A DNA stretch of 63,637 nucleotides, filler included, from Octopus bimaculoides (lineage: Eukaryota), in NCBI RefSeq assembly GCF_001194135.2. It is 4 parts of 3 records of this genome, joined end to end, with 100 filler letters (N's around TTAATTAATTAA, not from the genome) between each part and the next. Parts side by side here need not be neighbours in the genome. Positions count along the whole stretch, not along the records: positions 17,450 to 37,415 come from NC_068982.1; positions 37,516 to 62,058 come from NC_068989.1; 2 more parts are not named here. One strand, 5' to 3'. A program made the position numbers and the translations under genes. The notes below the pieces were generated by a model. That model did no database searches. It worked only from the letters and a program-made list of their open reading frames with translations, and was not told the origin of the DNA. Shown piece after piece: positions 27,641 through 40,228 of this stretch. Positions within the stretch are counted from its first letter, which is position 1. The number at the start of each line of letters is the position of its first letter.

Positions 27641-27669
27641 AATATAATGATAAGAACAGCAGATAATAT

Positions 27670-27873
27670 GGTGAGCTGGCAGAATCGCTAACATACCCTA
27701 CAAAATGCTTAGCAACGTATTGTTCATCCTTACGTTCTGAGTTCCAATTCCGCAGAGGTCGACATTGTTTTTCATCCTTTCAGTGTCAATAGAATAAGTA
27801 CGAGTCGACTTCCGAGGTCAATGTAATCAAGTTGACCCCTTCCTCGACATTGCTGGCCTTGTGCCAACATTTA
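27670..27873 (+). mobile_element. SINE family 1 (tandem to previous copy)
   Basis: Same head, core and tail. Confidence 0.8.
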
Positions 27874-28415
27874 TAATGAATATAATTACACTTCTATTAC
27901 TATGTCACAGTTAAAAGAGCAATGCAATTTAGTTACAGTTATCTCGTCAAATATTTACTAGCGACACATTCCTATTGTTTGATGTTGTTTGGCATTATGT
28001 AAACAGCAGATAATATAAATATTATAACATTCATTTTACTGCAAGTTCTTATGTTGTAAATTTTAATAAAAGGAAATTGATAATTGATTCTATTTGAAAC
28101 CGTAAGTAATATTCGCGAACAAATAGTCTGTTGATTACTTTGATTTCCTTTCAATTAAAAAAATTGAGACACGCATTCAAGATATTTACAAATCAATTTG
28201 TCTGATGTTTTCTATTATATTCAGCTCTTCAAATTCATTTTATTTTTCTTCCTACCGTTTTAGATTCCAATTAAGAGAAAATACTTTCTTTTTTACCATT
28301 CGAATGCAGAGGAAAATGATAAATTCATGAAACTTTAATGATGTCTAGAGTGTTGCATTATGGGAGAAATAAAGCATTCATTTTGCGAGGTTCGTAAGTT
28401 TACAAACAAGTCATG

Positions 28416-28447
28416 AATCCTCCTCCTCCTCCTCCTCCAGCCGCCGC

Positions 28448-28512
<65 letters not shown>

Positions 28513-28527
28513 TCATCATCATCATCA
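28416..28527. repeat. Compound (CCT)(GCC)(GTC)(ATC) microsatellite
   Basis: Direct observation. Confidence 0.95.
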
Positions 28528-28671
28528 TGTGCAATTTTTCTGGTCTCGTCTTTGCCTTTCATTTTTCTGTATTTTTGAGTATTAATCGAGAAACGGAATT
28601 AATGAAACCGACTAAGAATATCCGACACAATATATTCCTTGTTTGTTATTATTATTAGTAATTCTATCTAA

Positions 28672-28883
28672 TTTTGACACAAGGCCATCAGTTTTGGTGG
28701 GAGGGGGCAACTCGATTACATCAACACCAGTACGTGACTGGTTCATTATATTTTCGACGATCCCAAAGGGATAAAATCCAACGTTGGCATCAATGGGATT
28801 TTGAACTCAGATCGTGAAAAGCCGGTAAAAATTTCACTTAGCATTTTGTTTAACGGCGCACGATTTTGCCAGCTCACCGCCTT
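28672..28883 (-). mobile_element. SINE family 1
   Basis: Same head, core and tail, diverged. Confidence 0.8.
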
Positions 28884-28922
28884 GAAAACCATGGCAGTAA
28901 TAGCAGCAACAGCAGCAGCAGT

Positions 28923-28962
<40 letters not shown>

Positions 28963-29206
28963 ACAACAATAACAACAGTAATAATCCCACTTTAACCTGT
29001 CCCTCAGACCGTCTCCCTCCCTTTTACACATTTTCTCTTTTAAGCTCTCCCTCTCTTTTACTTATTTTTTTTCTTTCATTCCCACTTAGTTAAGTAAATA
29101 TAATTATTCTATAGACTTTGTTATAATCATTTAACTTCAGCTAAATTGCTTCATCTAAATCCCATTACGAAACATCTAGAATTTTCATTTCAATGGGGGC
29201 ATCTAA

Positions 29207-29207
<1 letters not shown>

Positions 29208-29265
<58 letters not shown>

Positions 29266-29285
29266 ATAGTCGCAGCAGCAGCAAC

Positions 29286-29345
<60 letters not shown>
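29208..29345. repeat. (TAG)n microsatellite
   Basis: Direct observation. Confidence 0.95.
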
Positions 29346-29346
<1 letters not shown>

Positions 29347-29420
29347 AAAAGAACAATAAAACCCCTCTCTCATCTTTCTTCCTCCTTTCTCTCTCTGACA
29401 TCCTCACTGGTCGACAGACG

Positions 29421-30106
29421 GTAACTTAAAACGAGTCAGAAACGCTAATTATAGCTGCTCAAGAACAAACCACTAGAACAAACCTGATAAAGACAAAGAT
29501 TGACAACACTCAGTCAGATGGCAAACACAAGATCTGTAGGAAAGGTGACGAAAGTATCAAACACCTTTTGAGTGAGTGCAGTATACTAGCACAAAAAGGA
29601 GTATAACGCAAACATGATAGTGTAGGTAAAAGTGTGCACTGGGATGTTAACCGAATGTGAGGCTTAAAAACAACAAAAAAGGTTGTATGAACACGAACCA
29701 GTAGCTGTGATAGAAAATGAGAATTACAAGGACTTGTGGGATTTCCCCATACAGACTGTCAATACTATTGAAGCTAAAAGACTGTATGCGGTCATTGAGG
29801 ACAAAATAAACAATCACTATAAGATCATAAATTTTTGCGATTCCCCATGATAGCAAAGTCGATACCTAAAAAATTGAAAAATTCGCGAAATATCGGAGTC
29901 TAGTCAGTGAAGTGAGGAAACTGTGCAAGACCAAGGCAACAATTACGCCTTTAGTAATTGCTGCGCTTGGAGCAACACCGAAAATGCTACTTAAAAGATT
30001 GAAAGAGATTGGAATTGAAATTCATATTGTCGACCTGCAGAAAAGTACCATCACATATCCCGCAAGAATCCTAAGGAAAATTCTTGAGATTTGGGGAGAC
30101 TTGTTG
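29421..30106 (+). pseudogene. R4/Dong-type RLE-LINE 3' fragment (CCHC knuckle plus restriction-like endonuclease to stop)
   Basis: ETLIIAAQEQ..ICRKGDESIKHLLSECSILAQKEY..HD..YEHEP..LWDFPIQT..KY..EVRKLCKTKATITPLVIAALGATPK..LQKS..ARILRK. Confidence 0.85.
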
Positions 30107-30290
30107 CACTCCGGGCAAAATGTTTAGCAGCATTTCGTCCGACTTTACGGTATGAGTTCAAATTCCAGTGAGATCGACTTTGCTTTCATCCATTTGGGGT
30201 CGATAAAATAAGTACCAACTGAGTACTGGGATCAATTTAATCGACTTAACCCCTCCTCCAAACCGCTGGCCGTGTACTAAAATTTGAAAC

Positions 30291-30333
<43 letters not shown>
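30107..30333 (+). mobile_element. SINE family 1, 5'-truncated, with (ATT)n tail
   Basis: Core plus AAATTTGAAACC(ATT)n, directly after the R4/Dong ORF end. Confidence 0.85.
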
Positions 30334-30339
30334 GAGAAA

Positions 30340-30730
30340 GTGACACGGAGGTACAAATATACGAAAGCTAATATACCCATAATGACTACCCGTCTGATAA
30401 GGGTACACTAGGCACATGCATCACAACCATATGTGCAGGGCCCAGTTAGAATTTTCTTCAGGTCGAGTAGCCCATCCCACTGAATAAGGTTTGTTTAAGG
30501 ATGATGAACGAGACTTACATGTTTCCAGAGGTGAATTATTCAAACCCCAAAGAATTTCTCTCAACCCATAGCTCTGATGCTTCCCCCACTACTTCTGCTC
30601 GTGATCAGAGATGCACATATCCTCAGTCATTACGGAACATGCTCAACTGCTTAACGTCAAGAAACTGACACGCAAATGTGTGGCACTGAGCAGAATATTT
30701 GCTGTAGCCGATCTTTTATAACAAGACACA
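30340..30730 (-). repeat. Interspersed SINE-like repeat (family 4)
   Basis: Recognised from memory as an abundant octopus-type repeat (GGGCTACTCGACCTGAAGAAAATTCTAACTGGGCCC); only one copy here, so not internally verifiable. Confidence 0.45.
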
Positions 30731-30780
30731 ACATGCACATGATAACACTTCCAATCGGTTAAGATCAAAAGCCATGAGAG

Positions 30781-30808
30781 TTATTATTATTATCATCGTC
30801 ATCATTAC

Positions 30809-30871
<63 letters not shown>

Positions 30872-30911
30872 CATTATTATTATTATTACTATTATTATTA
30901 TTATTATTATT
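30781..30911. repeat. (ATT)n microsatellite
   Basis: Direct observation. Confidence 0.95.
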
Positions 30912-30974
30912 GTAGTTGTTCTTTTCGTTGCTGTTGATTTGACTCAGGTTAGTTCTTATTCTAAATAGAATAAG

Positions 30975-32150
30975 AATGACCCACATATTGTTAACAACTT
31001 TCTAGTTTCTGTCAAGTTTCTGTATGACGTTTTTAGTTCAATCTACAATACCAAGTCCATATCTGATTACCGGTACTGTTCTTGCTTTCATTGCTTCAAT
31101 AACATTTTTTGAATTCAAATTTAACTGGAATATTTTCCTACTCTCTTCGTATACTTCCTACTGGTAATTTGTTCATGTTTGATTTCGCCTGCCCTAAATG
31201 CTTAACCACTGTCCTTTCTCAACCGCCTTCATTATTTGCCCATTTAGTGTTTCACTTCCGTGGCTTCCTTCAAATCTTACTCGTTTCCTTTTCAAAATAG
31301 CGCACTTTTCAATCCCAAATTCCATATCTACATCATTTGAGAATATACGAACAGTATGTAGAAGTCTTTTAAGCTGCTTCTCATCTTTGGCATGAAACTT
31401 TATATCATGCATAAAAAGATAATTTACCAGACCATATCCTTTTCTCAAATTGTTAGCTGTTTTAATTTTTCGCAATACCAAACTGAGCGGTATTATGACC
31501 AATACAAATTGTAATGGAGATAAGCTTTCACCTTGAAATATTCCACGTCCGATGTTCACTTTTCCAATCAATTCAGTATTCCAATGTTTCATATATTCAT
31601 TAATTATTTTCTCCATATTTTCTGCTACTCCGAACATGCTCATTGTTTTACTTATCCAATTGTGCGGTACCATATCATATGCTTTTTGTAATCTAACCAT
31701 GCTACATTCTGCATCTACAATTTCTAATTGTCATTTTATCAATTAATAAGTGGTCTTTTGCTTTCCTACTTTGTCTCCTGCATTCCTTCTGTTCTTCCGG
31801 AAGGAGGTTGTTACTTTCCTGGTGATTATATAACGTTTTCGCGAAGACAGGTCATTAGCTAGTGCATAATTGATAAATAGGTTACAGGTCGAAAATTTGA
31901 GGCCGAGTTACCTTCGAAGAAGTCCTTGTGACATAACAACGTTGGTATTGTACTAGCTGCAGGAGCATAGATGAAGGGTATACCACAAGGACATACAGCA
32001 GGTTGGGTGGATGTAGAGGAAAATGGAAGAAACGGTGAAATGAAATAAAAGTATACATAGTATACAAAGTATGTGATATACGAAAGATTCGGTTCTCTTG
32101 AAACAGGAGAAACTTCAGCAGAGGCAAATCAAGAAACCTGACGACCAATG
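30975..32150 (-). pseudogene. R4/Dong-type LINE reverse transcriptase fragment
   Basis: LLPEEQKG, KAYDMVPHNWI, GRGIFQGESLSPLQF, YLFMHDIK, FSNDVDMEFGIEKCA, PVIRYG. Confidence 0.85.
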
Positions 32151-32275
32151 TCAAATAATAATGACGATGATGATCATTACCAAGCAAGTCGTTTTACGAC
32201 TTTACTTTTCATCCTTTAGGAGATAAGTACCGCTTGCCTTCGAAATTACAGGCCTAGCGCAAACATTTGAAACCA

Positions 32276-32293
32276 TTATTATTATTATCATCG

Positions 32294-32377
<84 letters not shown>

Positions 32378-32402
32378 TTTTTATTGTTATTATTATTATT
32401 AC

Positions 32403-32456
<54 letters not shown>

Positions 32457-32490
32457 TGTTGTTGCTGTTGTTGTTGTTAGTAGTAGTAAC
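32276..32490. repeat. (ATT)n microsatellite following a SINE family 1 tail fragment
   Basis: Direct observation; preceded by AAACATTTGAAACC. Confidence 0.95.
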
Positions 32491-33564
32491 AATAGCTATA
32501 GGAGAAGTTAGCACTTTATAGAACATTTCCTTTCAACGCTGGTAATGGTTTAAAGCTAAGAAAGCCGATAGCCAAATTAAGGTCAGGAGGAAATGAGGAA
32601 GCCAAATACCCATAAAATGACCATCAGATATTAATAAAGATGTCAACCGAGAAACAAAGAAGCAATGGAATTTCTTCGCTGTACAAATATCGATCAGCTT
32701 ATAACATAAAGTGAAGATGACCATATTTCTTTGTCTATGGAGTTTATGTCTACCTACAATCGATCATGTGTACCTCGCTATTTGAGTTTGCTTTCCTGTA
32801 TATACTTCGTCAGAGATACATGTACATACATATATATACACATACATACAAACATCTGTATGTATGTAGGCGTAACGCATACATGCAGATATATATGTGT
32901 GTGTTTGTGTATGTGTACATAAACATCTGTTCGTCTGTCTGTCAGTCCGTCTGTTTGTCTATATCTATCTAATTAACTACGTATACAATTTTCATACAAA
33001 AATATATATCCTGGAACTCAGAACTCATTTGCTCTACCCACTGTTCCTCCACACACACAGGTATATATATCTATATACTGTCACTGCATTATATCTCTAT
33101 ATATACTAATATCTCTGTCTATCTATCTATTATACATTCGTACATACATATACATACATACATACATACATACATACATACAAACATACATACATACATA
33201 TATATATANNNNNNNNNNNNNNNNNNNNNNNNNNNNNNNNNNNNNNNNNNTGTATATGTATATGTATATATATATAAGCTAAAAGAAACGAAATTTTCCC
33301 TCCGATTGGACTGAACATTCCCCAAAACCGAAGACATACACACCGGATAAAAAATATCTACTTAAAAGACAATAACAAAAAGGAACAACCATAATCCAAA
33401 ACAACAGATGTACAAAATCGATACAAAAGGGAAGTTCACTCGGAGAATGTCTTCGGATATATAGATAGTAATAAAAGGAAAAACATTGAAAAATCATTTT
33501 TTAGATCCAACCGACAGAGTTCTGCCACCAGATGATACAAACTGAAGATGACAAACCGAAGATG

Positions 33565-34640
33565 ATTAACTTATCAAAAAAAAAAAAAAAACTCTCCCAG
33601 TAGAAGAAATTAGTATCTTGTCAAATGGCCTAAAAGTTATCCAAACACCACAGCACTCGAACTTCAATGAAATGCAGAATGGTATTTGACAGCTCTATAG
33701 AAAACTACGCCAAAGAGAGGAATTGTACGATAAAGAAAACAGGGACGAATCAATTGTAAGAAACGAGAGCAATTACAAGCGTACGAAAAGTAAGTATAAA
33801 GCTTTAGGTAAACTTTGTGATTTTATATCTACCTTCCCTTACGAAGAAATTCCACACCCTCAAATCAAGTCAGTCGAAAGGGATGGAATATTATATATGA
33901 ACTAAAAAACAATAACGACATCATAATTAAGGAAGCAGATGTGGGAAGTACTAGATTTATTATGCATATTAAACATTACAAAAGAGATATACTATCTATA
34001 TTACAAGAGATGACCCACAACGAAAAGGTAAATAATTACCAAAAGTCAAAGACATTGACTAAACTGTACACACTCATTCACAGACATCAAAAAGGTTTCA
34101 CAAACAATGAATGTGCCTACCTAACCCGTTTTGATTGCAAAACTGGCTACTTCTACGGTCTCCCCGAAATCCATAAGAATCATGCTATTAAGAATGCATT
34201 AAAAAAACCAACTTCAAGTTGCATAAACATACAATATCCCACCGAGCTTAAATTTAGACCAATCGTAGCAAGCCCGAACTGTGAAACACACCGACCCAAC
34301 AACTTATTACTGAAATCTATTTTACAATACATATCAAGTTTTGTAAGGGAAGATCTGAACCTGTTAAATCACCTCCCCAAATCCATAAACGATGATACGA
34401 CTATTGTATCTTGTGATGTGGTAAACCTCTATACCACAAACCCAACCCAATATGGACTAGAAGCAATACATTTCTTGGCTTGAGAAATTCCCTCATGAAA
34501 TTCCAGACAGAATTGAAAAGTGTTTCATCACTGAATGATTAAATTTTATCCTAGAAAGCAACTTTTTTTTTTTTTACCTCAATGGCAATATTTACAAACA
34601 AATATATGAGAGAGCTATGAGGACAAAGGTTGCTCGGTAA
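33565..34640 (+). pseudogene. Penelope-like reverse transcriptase fragment (decayed)
   Basis: Motifs EISILSNGLK, IIKEADVGS, FYGLPEIHK, FRPIVAS, SCDVVNLYT, NGNIYKQ..AMRTKVA; stops and frameshifts; lacks the YxDD region. Confidence 0.85.
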
Positions 34641-35309
34641 ATGGTCAGTCTGTTTCTTAGAGTAAGCTTTGTTGGACCTATGTAATCTTCATGTAGAAGG
34701 TGAGAAAAACGAGAAAAAAAACAACTAAATGGACAAGGTAGAATACGAATTGTTTATGTGAAGCTACTGTGCCAGAGATTCTAGGCGCTCAATAACGGCA
34801 AGGGGCTTTTTGTGAGTGTAAATATATATTTTGAGAGTAAGTGTACGTTATTTGAGTATATGTCTGCATTCGATGTTTACTTTGTGACTGTGAGTAGTTT
34901 TTGCACTCGTGAGTGTACTTCCGTATGGTAATGTTTGTCGAAGCTACATGTATATTTGTTATAGATTAGCGTTTTGCTTGAGCCTCCCATGCATGATTTT
35001 ATGGTTTTATATCCATCTTATTACATGAAGTTTAAGTATATTTGTGTCTGCTAAATATGATGTTATGTGTATGAGCGTTTAGACGCGTTCATTGTTTGCT
35101 TGTGCAACTGACTTAAACTTATCTGTGTGTCCTTATGATTTTCTTTATGAGTGCTTGGGGATGTCTTTTTAGCATTAAATTATGCATTCTGAATGTGTTT
35201 GTCAATGTCTGTAAAATATGCTGGCGAACATTTCATGGTTGTTGATTTTTGCTTTAGGATAATATGTATGATTGTATGTATGTGCATATAAAGTGAGTGT
35301 ATATATGCA

Positions 35310-35342
<33 letters not shown>

Positions 35343-36037
35343 GCCCACTCGCTCGCTAGATATGTGTTGTTTCCTTAAAGGTACGATGAAAAACACTGGC
35401 GGTCAGATGGAGGGAGGAAGGTTTTCATACACACTACAGTGATGGAAGAATTAACATTATGACAAGTGTGTGTGACTGTATTTGTGTGTGTGTTTGTTTA
35501 TGTCTCCGTGCGTGTGTGTGCATGTCTGTGTGAATGTGTGTGTGTGTGTATCTGTTTTCCCATCATGTATACGTGGGTCTCTTTTAGTTTTCATCCATGT
35601 GGTGTGAGTGTATACGTGTACACGAGTTTTTTTGAGAAAGACGAAAGTAAATATTTGATGTCGTAGTGTGCTGCATGAGCTAAGCAAATACATATCTAAG
35701 CACTTGTAACTTAATTCTGTGTGAGCTTGTGTATTTCATCGGAAAAGTCTGCATGTTTTGATGAAGATCGGTTTGAAAATTTTATGGAAAATATGTGTGT
35801 GCTTGCATGCATGTGTGTGTATGTTTTTCTCTGTGTTTAAGTGTGTGAGTTCGTGTGTGTGTCTGTGTCTGTGTGTGAGTGCTGATGACTATTACACCGC
35901 GAGTTCGTGAATAAGAGTGTTTCTTTAGTGTGTCCATGCATTTTGTGCGTTGACTTCTTGAGTATATGTGTGTGCGCGCGAGTGGTTTTCTTACAGGTTA
36001 TGCGAGCGTGTTTTGATAAATTTACCTTTTATCAAAT

Positions 36038-36258
36038 TTGTTTCAGGCATTTGACTGCGGCCATGCTGGGGCATCAACTTGAAGAAGTTTGTAGTCGAAC
36101 AAATCGGCCGCAGGACTAATTTTTTAAAGTCTAGTACTTATTCAATCGGACCGTTTTGCCGAATCGCTAAATTACGGGAACGTAAACACACCATTACCGG
36201 TTGATAAGTGGTGGTGCAAGGGGCAGACAAACACAAAAACAAAGACACCAACGCATAG

Positions 36259-36308
<50 letters not shown>

Positions 36309-36432
36309 TTATACGATGGGCTTCTTTCAATTTCCGCCTACCAAATCCACTCATAAAGCTATTGTTGGCCCTAACTTATAGTAGAAGACACTTGCCCAAA
36401 GTGCCTCGAAGTGGGACTGATCCCGGAACTAT
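36038..36432 (-). mobile_element. SINE family 2
   Basis: Homology across core, microsatellite and tail. Confidence 0.85.
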
Positions 36433-37415
36433 GTATGCTTTTTATGAACATGTCATCTTGATGCCTCTGTATGTGTATGCTTGTGCCATAAGTGTGTAAG
36501 GAGAAGGGTCCTTTAACGAGCGTATATTTCATTGTGGAAAGTATTTGCGTTTCTTCAATGCTGTACGAGTCTGGTTGTATATGTATATCTAAGTATGAGT
36601 ATGGAAGTGGCGAGGGAATGTTAAAATGGGGAAAGTGTTTGATACTTATTCTTGTTGAATACGAGAGTAGAGACTGATGAGCAGGGCCAAAGTACAAACA
36701 CACACAAACATTGGTGGACAAGCTAGTTAGAGTGATTGTCGAGCAGAAAGGATGCGAGACGAAATGCTGTGGCAGCGATGGAGAATCGATATATATATAT
36801 AGAGAGAGGGAGAGAAGGAGAGAGGGAGAGAATGAGAGAAGGAGAGAGGGAGAGAAGGAAGAGGGCGGGAGAGAGGGGAGAGAGCGGGAGAGAGAGGGAC
36901 AGGAAGACAAATAGACAGATAGACAGAGTGAGCGAGAGAGATGAGAAACAGAGAGGGAGGGAGGGAGAGAGACAGACAGTGAGAGAGGCACAAAGAGAGC
37001 ATTTTAAAATGTGGATATCATTAAAAGGCAAGTTAAGTAATCAGTTAAGTGAGAAGCATGTTGTATTATACAAATCTCTCGATAGTGTAAGTTACGGACG
37101 TGTTTAAAGGAGGGGATAGTGGATTAAGGATGATGTGAGTAACTCAAAGTGAAGGATTCGGAAAGTGCGTAGTAAAAGCACGATGGTGAACGGTTAATAA
37201 GCAAGGCTGGTTGGGAGAAGGAATGAAAAGCGTTGGGGTTTGGAAAGACGCAAAGAGACAAAATGGTGTAGAAAGAGAATAAATGTAATCGCCTAAATAG
37301 ACGAGAGCAATGACGGCTGATATATTTACATACATTTTAATACGTGAATACGAATATACATGCACGCATATATATATATATATACATACGTATGTATGTG
37401 AGTATATATATATAT

Positions 37416-37515
37416 NNNNNNNNNNNNNNNNNNNNNNNNNNNNNNNNNNNNNNNNNNNNTTAATTAATTAANNNNNNNNNNNNNNNNNNNNNNNNNNNNN
37501 NNNNNNNNNNNNNNN
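37416..37515. other. Artificial 100-bp scaffold spacer
   Basis: 44 N + TTAATTAATTAA + 44 N. Confidence 0.95.
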
Positions 37516-37845
37516 GGAGGGGGTTAGATGAAGAGTGAAGGGGAGTTGAGCCCATGTGGAGCAAAGGAGCGAAGATAGAAGATTAATCCTTGTTCACGGC
37601 GCAAACGAGAGTCCGGATGGCCCCTGTGCATGGACAATCCAAACACAGACAGGTGTTGCCGCAAGGAGTGGCCGGCAGAACGGAAGTGGCGTGACACCGG
37701 GGTGTTATTGCCGACGTTGATGTCTCGGAGGTGTTCCGCGAATCGGTCGGCCAGGCGGCGCCCCGTTTGTCCGATGTACAGAGATTGGCAGAGAGAGAGC
37801 AGGAGAGGCAATATATGATGTTGGTAGACGTGCAGGTGTATAATG
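37516..37845 (-). pseudogene. Penelope-like element GIY-YIG endonuclease C-terminal domain, 5'-truncated, one frameshift
   Basis: YTCTSTNIIYCLSCSL/CQSLYIGQTGRRLADRFAEHLRD..VSRHF..REQGLIFYLRSFAPHGLN. Frameshift lies in a (CT)n run near 37790-37805. Confidence 0.9.
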
Positions 37846-38051
37846 TATACACATGTATAATGTGTATTTCTTCTATCTTAATGAATAAAAAATCTTCTGA
37901 TAGAATAAATGGGTTAATAGAAACCAATGTAGCAAAGAACACAAAATAACTGTGGTTTAGTTCCTGTTTTTAAGGTAGGAACTCCTTGAAATTTTGGGTA
38001 TTTGAGTATATTTAAGAATTTAAGGAATGGAGAAAACGCATGTTATAATTG

Positions 38052-38150
38052 CATACTTTATTCCTACATATGTTTCAAAGGATTACAACCTGTGTGATCC
38101 ATAGGGATCTTTGATATTAAAATTGTAACCTTCTCATCAGGGAAAGCATG
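38052..38150 (-). ncRNA. Type I hammerhead ribozyme with intact catalytic core (PLE pLTR type)
   Basis: Minus strand: CATGCTTTCC-CTGATGA-GAAGGTTACAA-[loop]-TTGTAATCCTTT-GAAA-C-ATAT-GTA-GGAATAAAGTATG. Stem II is 11 bp with one bulge; stem III is palindromic ACATATGT; GUA cleavage triplet; stem I is CC/GG plus CATGCTTT/AAAGTATG. Confidence 0.8.
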
Positions 38151-38384
38151 GGAATCATCTTAAACGTAAGACATTATGACCGATTATGCAACGTCCTGAG
38201 GCTGTTTCTTTGGCATGTGAGAGAATATTAAAAAACTGTGGGCCCCTGAAACCTAGGCTGTGGCAGTAACTGGTCCTGGTCTCATATATATATATATATG
38301 AGACTACGGCAGCAGTACTGGGTATTAATAGTTATCGCCAAGCAAACATGGCAGTGCATATATATATCAAACAATGGCTTAGCC

Positions 38385-38537
38385 AAGCGGTTTTCGTCTA
38401 CCAAATTTTACTTACAAGACATTTATCGGCCTAGGGTTATTGCAGAAAACTCTTGCTCAAGGTGCCACGAAATGACGCCTAACCTGAAACTATGTGGCTG
38501 GAAGTCGAGCATCTGAACCATGTAGCCAAGCTTGCAT
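38385..38537 (-). mobile_element. SINE family 2, head and core
   Basis: Diverged homology. Confidence 0.7.
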
Positions 38538-38698
38538 CAATATGAGTAATGGTTTTCGGCGAGTCAACATGTTACTGTCTTCGTTACCTTATCTTGTCTT
38601 GGTCCATGAAATCGTCAGAGCACCATCATATAGTACGGTGTTTCCTAGGTATTTCTAGTCCCGCCAGAACCAAGGCCTTGCTATAGCTGATTTCTTCT

Positions 38699-38782
<84 letters not shown>

Positions 38783-40228
38783 GAGAGAATGAGAGAGAGA
38801 GAGAATGAGAGAGAGAGAGAGAGAGAAAGAAAGAGTCAAAGAGATCGTATCATACGCTCTATTCTGCTAATTTGTGGCTCTTGTTTTGTTCTCAACGTTT
38901 TAATGATAACGTTTTGTCTCTTAGTAAAACAGGTTAGCTTTTCTGTATAGGAAGATTGAACTGACAAACACGCGCGCGCGCGCACATGCAAGCGCATACT
39001 CACACACACGTGCACACACAGACACAGGCATACACAGACACAAACACATACACACAAATATTAATGTTTGTGTACATTTTAATTTAGTGTTTGCTCGAGT
39101 ATCATTATGTCTAATGTTGTTTGCACAGGGAAGCTTAATTTGAAATCTATGTATATAAAATTGACATTGCTAGACAAACAACGCTGAAAATGTTCCCACT
39201 CAAATGCCAGTAGCCATTAGACGTCTGGAAACAAAAATTTAGTATTGCAACTAATCTGTCATGTTAATATAAAGTTAAAACCTGAGATTTTTCTCTGACA
39301 ATCATCCAGTTCCTCTCAAGTCTTGGTTGCTTTTATCAACCTTTCACAGAGCATCATCTCTTGTGGCAAGAGTAACGACAAAAGATCCCGTCGGAATTGC
39401 CTTTGAAGTTAATCTCATCCAGCTTTCCTCTAAAAAGTTGCTGAAAAACCACACACATCTGCCAGGAAGTGGATAGCATGCGCTCATAGGTGGTCGTCGA
39501 AAGCGTAAACACTTAATAACATAATGTAAGCTCGACAATATTTATTTCATTCTAGTACTCGTTTCTGCCACTGGATTGTGGACAAGTTGGAGAGATGCCT
39601 TAAAGAGTTCGGTCGGACAAATCTATTACTGTAATTCTTCTCAGTAAGAAGATTTGGCCAATCGGTAAGTTACGACGATGTAAGCAAACCAACGGCCGTT
39701 GTCAAGTAGTGTAGGCAGAAAAAACACAGACAGCCATATACATACACGCACAGACACATGCAACCCCGTGTATATATATATATATATATATGGGAGAATT
39801 TATGAAAAAAAGAACAACAGACGAGGAAAGGTGGTGTAAACAACAAAAGGAAGTATTATATATACATACACACANNNNNNNNNNCTCAGTAAGAAGATTT
39901 GGCCAATCGGTAAGTTACGACGATGTAAGCAAACCAACGGCCGTTGTCAAGTAGTGTAGGCAGAAAAAACACAGACAGCCATATACATACACGCACAGAC
40001 ACATGCAACCCCGTGTATATATATATATATATATATCTGTGTGTGTATATATGCATGTATGTATTTTTGAGTGCATGTGTGTTTGTGTATTTATACAGTA
40101 TATATATGTGCGCGTGGTCAGTGGCTATGTACGTGTGAATGTACGTATCTATCTATCTATCTATCTAGCTAGCTAGCTAGCTAGTTAGCTAGCTATTTTG
40201 TCTCCTTTTTATCATCTTAATTGTTACA

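Noticed and set aside
36670-36700. CTGATGAGCAGGGCCAAAG
   Set aside because: No GAAA and no stem I or III pairing.
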